64,000 bases of DNA from assembly GCA_964016885.1 (NCBI GenBank), contig OZ024741.1, positions 49,662,001 to 49,726,000 on the forward strand. The letters are read 5' to 3'. Below, one piece after another: positions 1 through 13,493 of the stretch (its first letter is position 1; every line of letters begins with the position of its first letter). Origin of the DNA: Eledone cirrhosa (taxonomy: Eukaryota). The notes under the pieces were generated by a model, which saw nothing but the letters and a program-made list of their open reading frames with translations, was not told the origin of the DNA and ran no database searches. The position numbers and the translations under genes were made by a program.

Positions 1-263
1 CATTGGGGGTAATTTCAATTTATAATATCTTGATATTCCTTGGTGTGTCATTAATTAACTATGATACAATCATATAAAGTTAATGAACTACTTAACTGAT
101 TATTTCTTAACCACAAACAAAATAATGTGGGGTTAAAATACTGGATCATTGATTACAAAGCTTGCTAAAGCCATTTTATTGGACTCCTTGATAAGTCACA
201 TTATTCAGATTTTCCCATATCTATTCTATGATCTTAAGAGATATCTTGCCTCCTTTCTTTTAT

Positions 264-650
264 ATCATCATCATCATCATGACCGTTTTACGTCTGTTCT
301 TCCACACTAGCATGGGTTAGACGGGTTGTCCTGTTGTGGGCAGTGTCCAGTCGGCTGACCTTGTCTTGCTCATACGGGAACTGATTCTACGGCTGGATGC
401 CCTTCCTAACACCAACCTCATTTACAGTGAGTGCTGGGTGCTTTTTTGCCGTGGCACCTCCACAACCACTTTGCAGTGGAATGATAGGGACCCCAGTCCC
501 TATCATCTCATTTCTACAGCTGAGTAAACTGGAGCAATGTGAAATAAAGTGTCTTGCTCAAGGAAACAACACATCACCCGGTCTGAGAATTGAACTCACA
601 ACCTTTCGATTGCAAGCCCAATGCTCTAACCACTAAGCCATGCGTCTTCA
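264..650 (-). mobile_element. tRNA-derived CORE-type SINE ending in the RTE family A 3' tail and (ATG)n
   Basis: Minus strand has A/B-box-like TGGCTTAGTGG and GAGTTCAATTC, then CORE-like TTCCTTGAGCAAGACACTTTATTTC. The 3' part matches the 3' UTR of the LINE at 30140-30438. Confidence 0.8.
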
Positions 651-835
651 TATACTAGAATTTTCCAACACGCTGATACGTATGTGTATTTGTGTGCGTA
701 TGTGCATATGCATACATTTTTATGTATGAGTGTATAACTATAAACACGCAAACACAGACACACTTACAAAAATACATTCACACAAATACACACATACACT
801 TACAGCGTAGCAAAAGGAACGTCAGCTGCTGTTTT

Positions 836-877
<42 letters not shown>

Positions 878-1107
878 GACTTAATTCAAGGGTGTAGTGT
901 TTATAGCTGTTGCAAACCCTCCTGAATTGGATTTAGCGATAAAATAGTGTGATCAATATAATTAATGTTAAATTTGAACATCAAGATTTATTTGGGGTGA
1001 ATGTAGAAAGTGAGATGGAAGTAGTACCAGGGCAGAAGAACTGAGTAAACTATTATTTGACATCAGATTTCATTGATAAGACAATGGTGTGCGATAACAA
1101 GAAGAGA

Positions 1108-1416
1108 CACTTCTGCTTTTGTGTGGTTTATATGTATATGAAGAAGTATCATCATCATATTATGTCTACTTCTGCAGATGTGAGGTTTATATGTATATGA
1201 AGGTGTATCATCGTGTAATGTCTACTTCTGCTTATATAAAGCTTATATGTATATGAGGGTGTATTGTCATCATTTTATGTCTACTTCTGCTTTTCTGGGG
1301 CTTATATATGAGTGTCTATCATCATCATTTTATGTCTACTTCTGCAGATATGAGGCTTATATGTATATGAGGGTATATCATCATCATTGTATGTCTACTT
1401 CTTCATATGTAAGGCT
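1108..1416. repeat. Minisatellite, ~54-60 bp unit, about 6 copies; last unit resumes at ~4800
   Basis: Recurring gtctacttctgc..gaggcttatatgtatatgagggtgtatcatcatcatt. Confidence 0.85.
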
Positions 1417-1429
1417 TATATATATATAT

Positions 1430-4400
1430 ATCATCATCATCATCACCGTTTTACGTCTGTTCTTCCACGCTAGCATGGGTTAGACGGGTTGTCCTGTTGT
1501 GGGCAGTGTCTGGTCGGCTGACCATGCCTTGCTCATACAGGAACTGATTTGGCTTGATTTCTACAGCTGGATGCCCTTCCTAACACCAACCTATTTTACA
1601 GTGAGTGCTGGGTGCTTTTTCGTGGCGCCTACACGTCCACTTTACAGTGTGGGCTGGGTGCTTTTTTGCCGTGGCACCTCCACGACCACCTTGCGGTGGG
1701 GGGAGTGGGGGCATATTGTCTATATGCTTCAGCTTGTACCCATGGGAGGTCGGGTACTCTGTATTACTGCGTGACGCCAGAAGTCACGGTCGTGTGTCAT
1801 TGCCTTTGAGAGGTGTAATTGGGTAAGGTCGGCTTTTATCACCTCATCCCAGGTCATCTTGGGTCTCCCCACTCCGCGGTTTCTATCAACTTCTAGTGCT
1901 CTGCACCTTTTTATGCAGCTGTCATCCTTCATACGCATCACATGTCCATACCAGCGCAACCGCCTCTCCTGCACACAGCATTTAATTCCTCTTATGCTCA
2001 GTCTCTCTCTCAATTCATTTATGCTTTGTCGTTCACGTATATTACTGTTACACATCCATCGGAGCATGCAGGCTTCATTTCTCTCTAATCTATGTAAGTC
2101 TTCCACCTTCAGCGCCCAGGTCTCACTACCATGCAACTTTGCTGTTCGGATACACGCATCATACAGTCTGCCTTTCATTCTGAGGGAGAAGCCTTTTGCA
2201 GCTAGCAGTGGTAGTAGTTCCCTAAACTTCTTCCATCCCGTTCTTACCCTAGTTATTGTACTTTCTGAACACCCACCTCCTCCCAGAGATTGGTGGTACT
2301 TGTTTCCTGTGGCTGTTTGCTGCTTGCTGTCTCATCACAGCTGCTGCATATGAAGCCTACATTCTTAATTAAGCTTCCTGAGATCCCGCTACATCTCTTG
2401 TGTACCCATTGTTTGCATTTGGGGCAGAGAATGGAGTTCCTACCTACACCTTTCCTACATACACCTTTCCTACATACTGAGCAAGGCCATTTCCCTGAGG
2501 GGATCTGGGTTCTGTTTTCTCGTCTACTTACAAGGACCTTAGTCTTTGTCATGTTAACTTTGAGACCCTTTCTTTCTAGTCCCTGCTTCCAAGTTTGGAA
2601 TTTATTCTCTAGTTCTACCATAGATTCAGCTATGAATGCCATGTCATCAGCATACAGGAGTTCCCATGGGCATCCGGTCTTAAACTCCTCCGTTATTGCC
2701 TGCAGGACTATGATGAACAGGAGGGGGCTAAGAACAGAGCCCTGGTGGACCCCAACCTGTACGCTAAATTCCTCGCTATACTCATTGCTAATCCTAACTT
2801 TGCTGACTGCTCCCCTATACATGGCTTGTACCGCTTTCACAAGCCATTCATCTACTCCTAGTTTTCTAAGAGCCCATCAGATTACAGCACGTGGAACTCT
2901 GTCAAAGGCTTTCTCAAGGTCGACAAATGCCAAGTAGAGTGGCTTACTTTTAGCTAGGTACTTTTCCTGTAATTGCCTCACAAGGAAGAGGGCATCAGTG
3001 GTGCCTCTTCCTGGTACAAACCCAAATTGCATCTCGTCTATTTCCACCCGGTCCCTAATCAACTGTGCTATAACTCTTTCTGTTACTTTCATGACCTGGT
3101 CCATCAACTTTATACCTCTATAGTTTCCTCTATCTAGTGCATCGCCTTTACCTTTGTAGCAGTTGACAATGATGCTACTGCACCAATCTTTTGGTATGAC
3201 ACCTTCTAGTATTACCTGGTTAACAATACGTGTGGTTATAGTGTGACCTACAGACCCAGATGCCTTCAGCATCTCAGCAGCTATACTCGATGGACCGGTT
3301 GCCTTCCCCATCTTCATATCTTTGATTGCCTTACTTACTACGTTGCTGCTGACTTGTACTGCTGGCCCCTCTATAGGGTCTACTTGGGGTAGGGTCTCTT
3401 CTTCCCATGCATTCTCCTCATTTAGTAATCTATCATAATGACTCTTCCATGCATCTTTCTTCTCAGCACTTGTGAGGGCAAGCTCACCTTTATCATTCCG
3501 GATACACTTCTCTCCAATGACATCACAACTATCTCTGACACACTGCCTCGCAATCTTGAATACCTCCTGTTTCTGGTCCTGACGTTGCAAAAACATGCTT
3601 GAATTTTCTATCCTCTGCTTCCCTCCTAGCTAAGTATACTTGTCACCTAGCTTCCCTCTTGGTCTCTATGTAATGTAACCTGCTCCCCCCATTCTTCCAT
3701 TCTTTCCATGTCTGTCTCTTGGTCTTAACTGCCTCATCTACCTTATTGTTCCACCACCAAGTCACTCTCCTCCTGCTTGAGGTCTTACTCCAGCCACAGA
3801 CCTCATCCGTCGCCTCTAGTAAATTATTTTTTAGGAACTCCCAGTTCTCTTCTACATTAAATATCTGTATCTGTTCTTCTTTACTGTCATATGCGTTGAG
3901 TAAAATATCTTTAAATCTGTTACTGGTTGAGGGGACTTTCAGCTTCCAGATCTTTCTTCTCCAGGTTGGCCTCTGTTTCCAGGTTCGTCTAGTTCTGACT
4001 GAGGTCGCTGACAACTAAGCTATGTTGAGATGTACATTCCTCACTAGGGAAGGCTTTTGTGTTTACGACCGTCCATCTGTCACGTCCTCTGATGAGGATA
4101 AAATCTATCTAACTGGAGTGCTCCCCTGATCTATAGGTGATCAGGTGGTTGTCGGGTTTTTTAAAGTTTGTGTTACATATTGACAAGTCATTGGCCACTC
4201 AGAATTCTAGAAGTCTGAATCCTTCCTCATTTCTTGTGCCAACCCCATGGCCTCCATGTACTCTATTGAAGCCGTCGCAGTGTTTACCTACGTTCCCGTT
4301 AAAATCTCCTGCGATGATTAGGAAGTCATTGTCGTCTGTTAGAGCAGTAGTGTGCATTAGGGACTCGTAAAACCTATCCTTAAGTTCGTCTGGCAGCCCC

Positions 4401-4789
4401 GATTGGGGTGCATAAGCTGATATTATTGTGGTAATTGTTTTATTCAGGACTAGTCTGAGTTTAATGATTCTTGCATTTACCCTGTACACTGAGATTACTT
4501 TATCTACCCACTTGTCAGCTAGTAGTATACCTACACCACTCATCCCATCGTCATTTCCCACCCAGAAAAATTTGTAGCACCAACTTTTTCCTACCAGGAC
4601 TCTAGCAGACTCTCCTCTCCATCTAGTCTCTTGCACACAGCATACATCAATTTCCTTTCGCTCTAGCATTTCTACGATTTCTCCTGCTCTTCCTTTCATT
4701 GAGCCTACATTGATGGTACCAACTCGGAGTTTTGGGCATTTGTCGTCACTCGTAGGGAAGGGTCTCTGGGTTGGCGCTTCACATGGGTG
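1430..4789 (-). mobile_element. RTE-clade LINE family A, near-complete ORF (APE endonuclease + RT + PHD finger), disabled
   Basis: APE motifs GTINVGSM, CVQETRW and AGDFNG (4199-4780). RT motifs [32 protein letters not shown] and LLYADD. Stop at 2877 and several frameshifts. (ATG)n tail at 1430-1445. Confidence 0.95.
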
Positions 4790-4812
4790 TATATATATAT
4801 ATATATGAGGTG

Positions 4813-5030
4813 TATCATCATCATTGGTTTCCTTGCTTGTATGGGTTGGGTAGGTCATTATGGCTTAATACTAGTCAGGTTGGGAGTGGCCTTATTTTGC
4901 TCATTCATTCCATTTTGGAGTTGACTTCTACAGCTGGATGCCTCTCCTAATATCAACCACTTTATAAGGTGTACTGGATGTATTTTATCATGGCACCAGC
5001 ACTACCACTTTACAGAGTGTACTGATGTGA
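4813..5030 (-). mobile_element. Older RTE-type 3' tail element (SINE/LINE end)
   Basis: GGCATCCAGCTGTAGAA, CAACCCATACAAGCAAGG and (ATG)n on the minus strand. Confidence 0.6.
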
Positions 5031-5239
5031 ATATATATATACACACACATATACAAAAAAAAGAAGTGTTTGGAATGCGGCAAGTGAAGTTTAATATTGA
5101 AATGGAAATAGAAGCTTTCATCATGTGCTGATATCCATTTTTTTCTGTTTAGTGGGTTTATACGCCCCATTATTAGACTATATTATACTAAAAACTATTA
5201 CGACAAAAGTTTCTATTTCAAATATATATATATATATAT

Positions 5240-5358
5240 GGACTGGAGCAGTGTGAAATAAAATGTCTTGCTCAAGAACACAGTGCATCACCAGTAATCG
5301 AATGCACAACCTTAAGATTGTCAGCCAAATACCTTAACCACACAGCCACATGCCTTCA
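5240..5358 (-). mobile_element. CORE-SINE fragment (tRNA head + CORE)
   Basis: Similar to 527-650: ctggagcagtgtgaaataaaatgtcttgctcaag. Confidence 0.7.
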
Positions 5359-6082
5359 CACAAATGTTGAATTATTTCTTGAAAAATGGAGGAAGGAAAA
5401 CTGTGTGTGTGTGTAAATTAAGATGTGTTATTTTGGAAAGTATGCCTATATGAAAATGATGTAGGCATTGCACATGAATTATATATTTTCCATACCATTA
5501 AATATATACATTTCTGTAAATTTACTTAATGATTCATTTGCTATCCTTACTACCATTTTGTTGATGAGGCTCAAACAAAACAAACTTGTCCAAAGTTGTC
5601 TCTCATATATGCTGAAAAGGAAGCAAATAATATTATATATCAACTAATGTTTATTTTTGTCATTACATACTTTATTCTACATCAGTTTTTTATGTTTTGT
5701 GTGTTAAATATGTTGATATCCACTTATATTAAATAATATTTATTGTTGTGTAGCCCTAAGTTAACCATAACTGAGCAGATTTATGATGACAGACATTCTG
5801 GCCAGTTATCTTCTTGTATATCAAGGACTGTGTTGTCAAATATAACTTTCCTTTTTTTTAAATGGAAGTGTATGATTTGAGAGAACATTTAGTTGATATT
5901 TCTGTAGGTCAAGCAGCTACATGTAAGCTCATTGTTGGCTATTAACTATTAACTATTCAACTAATAAATTATAGTTAAGTGGTTAACTCTTAAAAACAAA
6001 ATCATAAAACTTACTACATATACAAATATCCAAAATTCTGTATGAGCAAGAAATGGTCATCTGATCTGGCTTGTCTCACAGT

Positions 6083-6143
6083 GGGACAACTCGTCTAACC
6101 CATGTTAGCATGGAAAAGTGGATGTCAAAAAATGATGATGATG
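6083..6143 (+). mobile_element. Solo RTE family A 3' tail
   Basis: ggacaactcgtctaacccatgttagcatggaaaagtggatgtc..atgatgatgatg. Confidence 0.7.
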
Positions 6144-6261
6144 CTAGAATAGAAAATAAATATAGAATAGTTAGAAATATTTTAAAAGAAATTAACAGAT
6201 TATTCATTACATGAAAATCTAACTTATAGAGTAAAGTTATCAACTAGGTTAGTATGTATAC

Positions 6262-6401
6262 CAGACATGGGCAACCTTTTTCAAGCATCCCTTAGGATGT
6301 GGCTCATCATAAGGCAGGCTGCACTACTAAAATTTCAAGGCAATTTTGAAATTAGGTGTTCCATTCAGAAAGCCAAATGTGATGCAGTTTGTCCATATCT
6401 G
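6262..6401. mobile_element. hAT-like MITE; partial second copy at ~6425-6563
   Basis: TIRs CAGACATGGGCAA / TTGTCCATATCTG. Imperfect 8-bp TSD atgtatac / agatatac. Confidence 0.55.
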
Positions 6402-6924
6402 AGATATACTATGTTGATTTAGAGCAGGCAGTGGGCCCCTTAGGATGTAGATCCTCATAAGACAGGCTGCACTACTAAAAAATTCAAGGCAATTTTGAAA
6501 CTAAGTGTGCCATTAAGAAAGGTAATGGGCCACATGTAGCTTGCGAGTTGCAGTTTGTCCATGGAAAAGCAGATGTAAAAACAATAAAAACAGCTTTAAG
6601 AGAGAATCATATGAATAGTATAAAGTGAAAAATAATGAAGTTTCTTCATGTGTACAAGTGTCAATTAAAATTCCTTTCATGTCAAAAAGAACTCGGTTTG
6701 TTCTCATTTTTTAAAGTTTGGACAAAACTCTATACTTTCCCAGTGAAATAATGTGTACTCTTTAAATAACATGTTCCTTACATAGGCTTGAGGTTTGAAT
6801 TATATGGTTTCAGTTAAAAGTTGAAACCAAGCTGCAAATTCTCTGAGAAGTGGAACCAAACATTGATATATTAACTTCCTATTACCTCATGTTTGATATA
6901 AAAATGTAGCAGCTACATATGCTG

Positions 6925-7165
6925 TGGTAGTGGAGGTAGTATTGGTGGTAGCAGAAGTAGCATTGGTTGTGGTAGTAGTAGTAGTAATAGTATTGGTGGT
7001 GGTAGTGGTAGTAGTATTGGTAGCAGCAGTAGTGGTGGTGGTGGTAGTAGTAGTATTGGTAGCAGTGGTGGTGGTGGTAGTAGTATTGGTAGTAATGGTG
7101 GTGGTGATAGTAATAGTATTGGTGATGGTAGTAGTAGTAGTAACAAAAACAACAGCAGCAATAAC
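6925..7165. repeat. (GTA/GTG)n trinucleotide microsatellite
   Basis: Direct inspection. Confidence 0.95.
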
Positions 7166-7949
7166 AACTTTCTCTGACATTTACTAGTTTCCATATTGTA
7201 AAAATTAGGTTTGTGTTATATTGGTACAAGAAAATAAATTAGTGTTCTCAAATCATATAATAGCCATATAATCAAGATGAGAAATCTTAAACCATTGCAT
7301 GGCTTGAACAGCTGAATGTTATCTTGTGAAACATTGGGTTTCCACTAATGTAAAATCTTTATCAAATAAATCTTGGTGACTTAATTTAATTTTTCTAGTT
7401 AATCATGTAATTTTATCTGCAAACCCATAGGCTTAACAACAGATGTCTTCTGGCTGTAAAACTATATAAGCAATTAGAAGTCTGAAGTAAAATGTTATAT
7501 AAGTGTAACATATTGAGTAAAATTCTATGCATATCGTCATCGTCATTATTATCATCACTGTTTTCATCATGGATCAGATGTGTCATAATTCTATTTTGTG
7601 TCATCTCATTTGTGAAGTTCTCTTCACTTCTTTCCAAGGAAAGTTTTCATTTTGAAAGTGCCATTGATAAACATATTGTTTCTTCTTTCCATATTGGTTG
7701 TCCAGCCTACGTTTTTGAGCTACCTTTCATGGAAGGAAACTATATATTTGTTAATGGCTTTAAATTCATATTTTTCCTCTTTCAGAAGTTGATTATCATA
7801 ATAGTTATACATATGTCATGGAAGGAATGAACTGCCATCTGTTTTGCTGATGAGTATTTATTCCAGTTGTTGGATCAGTGGTACAGTCAACTCATGAAAT
7901 TAATATGTTACAATCTGAGCATTCCTTAAATCTCAGAGATTTAGCCACA

Positions 7950-8365
7950 CATGACCGAAAGAATATGATCACAAATACAAGTGGCCAAAATGGGGTTCCC
8001 CCAAAGGGCTTTTGGAGTAATGTTACTCGATAGAGTCCACAGCTCAGAGATCAGAGAGTCACTCCAGGTAGAGCCACTACTTCTTTGAATTGAAAGATCA
8101 CAGCTCCAACACTATGGGCATGTGGTTAGGATATCTCAGGAAAGAATTGTTGGACAGATATTATGGACAAAACCAGCTGGCAGGAGACCCAGGAGACTGC
8201 AAGCAGGCTGGTTGGATAACATCCATGAGCTTCACTGGTCTCACTTGGGGATCCAGCTAGATCAGTTGGAGATAGTTGCTTCTGACAGGGTCCGCTAGAA
8301 GGAGTATTTGAGGACTTTGCCCCCACGACCCTCTCAGAAATAAGTGGGTGATGAAGAAGAAGAGA
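7950..8365 (+). mobile_element. RTE (Rex3/Expander-like) LINE 3' fragment with (GAA)n tail
   Basis: Translates LLDRVHSSEIRESLQVEPLLL*IERSQLQHYGHVVR. Related copies at 43561-43820 and 45345-45640. Confidence 0.75.
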
Positions 8366-9429
8366 ATTAGAGTGATACAGTGTGTAAGTGGCTGGCCCTC
8401 TAAATTCAGTAGGCTTCCAAACAGTTTCCATCTACCCAATTTCACTGAAGGTTATGGTAAACAACACTTGTTAAAGATGTCACACAGTGGGATAAAATCT
8501 AATGGGACCTAATGAGTGTGAAGCAATCTTCTTTGCTATTTGGTCATGCATAGTTTGTCATGTGTACAGAGAAGCTCTTAATTACTAGTAGAGGGGATAA
8601 TATTTTAGTTACTGGGCTTTAGGGTTGGTGAATATTTTAGTTTGAAGATTATCTTCTGTTGCTTGAGTTAACCTTAAAAATTGAAGAAACTGGGACAAGC
8701 TGTTATGAGTCTTGCTGAAGGCCACAACACAATGATATAATAGAATTTGAACATATTATTACATAGTCAGTAGATGCCAGTACTTTGTGGCTATTGTATG
8801 TTACATTATTAATACTTCTATATTTGTATATTAGAAGGATGTAAATATGCTCTTTTATTTGTACATAATTTTGTATTCATAAAATTAAGCTCATAGCTTT
8901 CTATTAGGTTACATACTTTTTATTCTCCGGTCTTGAGTTAATTTAAATACAGCACAAAAGAGTTTTCCTGCTAAAGCTGTTACTGCCTAAAGCCTTTTCT
9001 GTCTCTCTATCTGACAGCTTAGTAATTAGGGTGTCAGGCCACTATGCTAAAAGGCTGATGGTTAGTGTCTTGTACAAGTCTTATATAGTGCTGTGTTCCT
9101 GGCATTGGTATCCCTAATTTACATTACTGTAAAAAGTATAAACTGTACAGGTCAGAAATATAGTAAGACCACTAAAACTGGTGGGTGTATTACTGGCTCC
9201 ACATTGCTTGGTTTGATTCACCTGAAGGCTATAGACAACTATTTAATTGTATCTCTTGCTACAAAATCCTTATTATTCATGACCAGACAGGAGGCAGCTG
9301 TGACTTGACAGTATGTACAGTATACCAAACAGGTACATATAAGAGATTAGGTGTATATAATGTCCTTATATAATATATTCAGATAACAGTGTATCCTACT
9401 AGTCTATAAGTTCATTATAATCATCTTTT

Positions 9430-9955
9430 GACTGCAGTTGAAATCATAAAGCCCACAACCAGTAATCCTGATCCTGCATAGCTTTCATCAGATCTTCTTT
9501 GGCAATCCATGTGTCCCTACTGATGACATCCCCAAATGTTAATTTCTTACTTCTATAGCTATGGGTTTGGGGTCTCCAGAGGATAAGGGATGATATTATG
9601 TCTCTTTCTTCTCTGTAACAATGGCCTGCAAACTGAACCTACCAAGCTTTCACTAATAAAGAAACATGGTACAGGTTGCCATACAGTAGCTCTCGGATTA
9701 GATGTTGTCTCCAAGAGATATTTTTTGCTTACCTTCAAAGTCTTGTGTATATGCCATCTAATCTTTTCTGTAATTTTTCTGTCATTGTCCGGTTTCAGAG
9801 CCATACAGGAGTATACTCAAATGTGGCCCTCAAGATTTGTACTTTTAGTTCAACACTCAAATTAGATTCCTATATCTTATGGCACATGTCATTTGAGGCA
9901 ACCCATGCCATACCCTTTCTGACATTAACATCTGTTTCAGAAAAGGAAATGTAAG
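9430..9955 (-). mobile_element. Degenerate RTE/RTE-X LINE 3' fragment (family D)
   Basis: Minus translation includes KRLDGIYTRL, NISWRQHL and QFAGHCYR. Confidence 0.65.
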
Positions 9956-9956
9956 A

Positions 9957-10190
9957 TCCTATGTACTCGAATATAAGCCAATACAAATATAAGCTGACCC
10001 TACTATTTTATGAGAAATGGGTAAGAATCTAAACCTTATTTACGTAGAAGTTAAAGTAGGTAAAAACTGTCAAAATATTGCCCCCCCCCCCCCCCCCCCG
10101 CATGTGTGTGTATGTGTGAGTGTCCCATCGATTTTTTTTCTGATTTTTTTCCCCCAAACCTATTAGCTTATGTTCAAGTATATACAGTAG
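9957..10190. mobile_element. Tc1/mariner-pogo (Tc2-like) MITE
   Basis: Ends tactcgaatataagcc ... gcttatgttcaagtatatacagta. Related copy at 41556-41764. Confidence 0.55.
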
Positions 10191-10584
10191 TTATAGTCAC
10201 CAACTTTGCTTAAAACTTTTCTGTTTAATGTCTTTATCTGGGATATTGTTTTAGCAAGTTACTATATTTAAAAACAAGGAATATCTTTCATTGGCCTAGG
10301 AACACCTTTCATTAATTTTAAGTATTAAAACTATTTTGAAATTCTCTCAAGCCCATAAACAGTTTCAATTGTAGCTTATTTTCACTTAGTTGATGTCCAA
10401 TAGTAGGGATAAACTAATTATTTAGATTTGGTGCTATTCCAACATTAAAGTCAGTTGCTTATTTTTATTTGTAAGACATGGTTTTCCCAGTTTATTCATA
10501 TTTATACATGTATAGTTGCATGTCGTTATATATTTAGGTTCATTTGTTTGTAAGTGCGTTCTGTTAGTATCTGGAATATTTTCT

Positions 10585-10909
10585 TGGCTTTGTGGTTAGA
10601 GCGTCAGGCATACAATCTTGGGGTGGATTCGATTCTCAGACTAGGCTTTGCATTGTGTTCTTGAGCAAGACACTTTATTTCACGTTGCTCCAGTTTACTC
10701 AGCTGTAGAAATGAGTTGCGATGTCACTGGTGCCAAGCTCTATCAACCTTAGCCTTTCCCTTGGACAACATCAGTGGCATGAAGAAGGGAGACTGGTATA
10801 CATGGGCGACTGCTGGTCTTCCACAAACAACCTTACCTGGACTTGTGCTTCGGAAGGAAACTTTCTAGGTGCAAATCCCATGGTCATTCATGACTGAAGG
10901 GGGTCTTTA
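10585..10909 (+). mobile_element. CORE-SINE with a different 3' tail
   Basis: tRNA-like head and ttgagcaagacactttatttcacgttgctccag; tail ends gggggtcttta. Confidence 0.75.
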
Positions 10910-11147
10910 GGTGCATATATATATATCACTCCTGTGAGATCTGTATTGTATTGCTTGTTGCTTATTTTTTGAGGGGGATGTGATGTGTGATGTTACATTC
11001 ATTTTAGATCTGTTGTGGGGCCTGAGCATACGACTGGCACACATTGGACCCTCCCTGAGGAAACTACTCACCAAACCCTCACCTGCATGCAATGATATAT
11101 GCATATTCCTAACTGTCCCATCAACAACGCGAAGTTGTACACTCTAT

Positions 11148-11433
11148 AGCTTCTATCAACTTTGAGTACTCAGCACCTTTTTATACAGCTGTCATCCTTC
11201 ATACGCAACACATGTCCATACCAACATAATCTCCTCTCCTGCACACTGCATTTGATCCTTCTTATAATTAATTTCTCACACAGTTCATTTATGCTTTGCG
11301 GTTCATGTATTTTACTATTGCACATCCATCGAAGTGTGAAAGCTTCATTTCTTTTCCAATCTTCGCAGGTTCTCTGCACACAGTGCCCAGGTCTTGCTAC
11401 TGTGCAATATTGTTGTTCATATACATGTATCAT
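11148..11433 (-). mobile_element. RTE LINE internal fragment
   Basis: RWMCNSKIHEPQSINEL..RRLCWYGHVLRMKDDSCIKRC; the 5' end abuts (TA)n. Confidence 0.85.
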
Positions 11434-11744
11434 ATATATATATATATATATATTTTTTTTTTCTATTAGCAGTGTACTGGATTTCTGAAGTTTTTATCAC
11501 ACACATCTGTGTACATGCGCGCACACGCACATATACACACATACCTGTGTATGTGTGTAGAGAGAGAGAAGTAGAGGTAGTTAGACAGAGAGATGCATGG
11601 TCATCATGGTCTATCATAAAAATCCCTTTGCCATCTTTCTTTGGTTGGTATGGGCTAGCAGTTTTCTTCTGTCTGGTGCCTATGGTGAAAGAGACTGTGT
11701 AGTGAAGTTTACTATGAGGACTAATGATAAACATTTTCTCTTAA

Positions 11745-11960
11745 CCCTTTAGCATTTACATTACTCCGAATATGCTATTGTATTTTCACTCTGAATATGC
11801 TATTGTATTATCTCACATAATATCGAATCTATGAGATTTTGATAACATTTATTTTGAGAACAATACCTTAACATCAGTATGAGCAGACTGTTATGGCCAG
11901 TTTGATTAGAAAGAGGTGAAAGAATTCTGGCCAGATACAACTGGTTTAGGTGCTAAAGAG
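11745..11960. mobile_element. piggyBac-like MITE
   Basis: TTAA|CCCTTTAGCA ... TGCTAAAGAG|TTAA. Inverted copy at 54258-54452. Confidence 0.75.
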
Positions 11961-12514
11961 TTAAGCCAAACTCTCATGGGGAGAGGAGTGTCACCTTCTA
12001 TGAAATTTTGTCTAAAAGTAGGTGAGAGGGATGAGTATAGCCCTAATGAATTTTCATATATAAAAATAAAGGGAAAATGTTTTATTTTTCACCTAAGTTA
12101 GTAACAAAATTGATTGTTAATTGATTTTGATTGTGTTGGCAACAGAAAAAAAATGAAGCTCTGGAAATTAAGGTCACTGCTACAAAACTAACTTATTCAT
12201 CTTTTGCATTCAACATATTCTTAAATTTTCAAATTGGTTACTTTTGTCAGTTTTTGTTTGCTTAATCTGTAACCATCTGCCAACCATAGAAACAGCTGGC
12301 ATCTAAGACAGTGAAAGTATAGAATGTGTGTGTATGTAAAGGGGCGGGGCGGTGGCTTAAGTTCCTTGGCAGGGATGAGTTAGTGTACCATATTAAATAG
12401 ATTTTTTATTGTTGTTTTTTTTATTTATTCGGATCTTCTAAGCATTTTTTTTCTTTTTTCTCATGCAAATATTTATTTCTATATTTCTTGCCTTACACAT
12501 ATCTGTCCCTCATA

Positions 12515-12536
12515 TCTTCTCTCTCTCTTTTCTCTT

Positions 12537-12570
<34 letters not shown>

Positions 12571-13493
12571 CCTCCCTCCCTCTCTCTCTTTCTCTCTTGC
12601 CCTATTTCTCTCTCTATATATATATACATCCCTCATTCTCTCCCCCTCTCTCTCTGTCCCACTTCACTTTTCCTCTATCCCTCCACCCAACTAGCTCTTC
12701 CTAGTATTGTTGTATTCTCCATATTGCACCTCCCCCCCCCCCCTCCTCTCTGTTCACAAATTTCTCTACAATGAATATTTTCATTCAACTTCTGTTGTTT
12801 CTCCTTTATACTCATTACTATCATCATCACCACCACCACCATCATGACTATCACTATCACCAACGCCATCACCATCACCATCACCATCATTACCACCACC
12901 ACGATCATCACCATCTCCACCATCACCACTATCACTACCACTATCACCATCATCACATTATCATCACCATCGTCATCACCATCATCACCACCACCACGAT
13001 CATCATCACCATCATCATTATTATGCTAACATCGGTATTGTTGACTGCTTCCAGGTTGGCAGTAGTTGTAAAGTATTTTTGTATGTGTACATATGTCTTA
13101 TTTTTTAAATGTTTCAATTCTTTCAACAAAGAAGGAGCCTTTCTTCAACTGAGAAACAATACTCCATTATTGGAATATGGACAGAACACACTGAACTTTA
13201 GAAAAGTTTTACATATTTTTACTGTTACTCTTAAAAGATTGTGTGTAGATATATGTACTAAATATTATTATTCCTTCTGCCAGAAAATCTCAGTTTGTGT
13301 GTATACATACACATACATAGATACATGCATACATATGTACATACATACATATGTACGTAAATACATACATACACATACAAACACACATACATACATAAAT
13401 ACACATACATACATAGATATGTATACATACATACGTACACACACATACATACATACATACATACATACACTCATTCACATACTCACACACACA
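12515..13493. repeat. Compound microsatellites: (CT)/(CTAT)n, (CAT/CAC)n at 12812-13024, (CATA)n at 13302-13493
   Basis: Direct inspection. Confidence 0.9.

Noticed and set aside
570-650. tRNA gene (also other SINE heads)
   Set aside because: Only A/B-box-like remnants fused to SINE bodies; no complete cloverleaf seen.
6882-7229. Poly-T/V/Y/P ORFs (also His-rich 12771-13496)
   Set aside because: Trinucleotide microsatellites with no splice or homology support.
7846-7910. CTGATGA...GAAA hammerhead candidate (also near 57620 and 49920)
   Set aside because: Stems I and II cannot be formed consistently, or half the core is missing.
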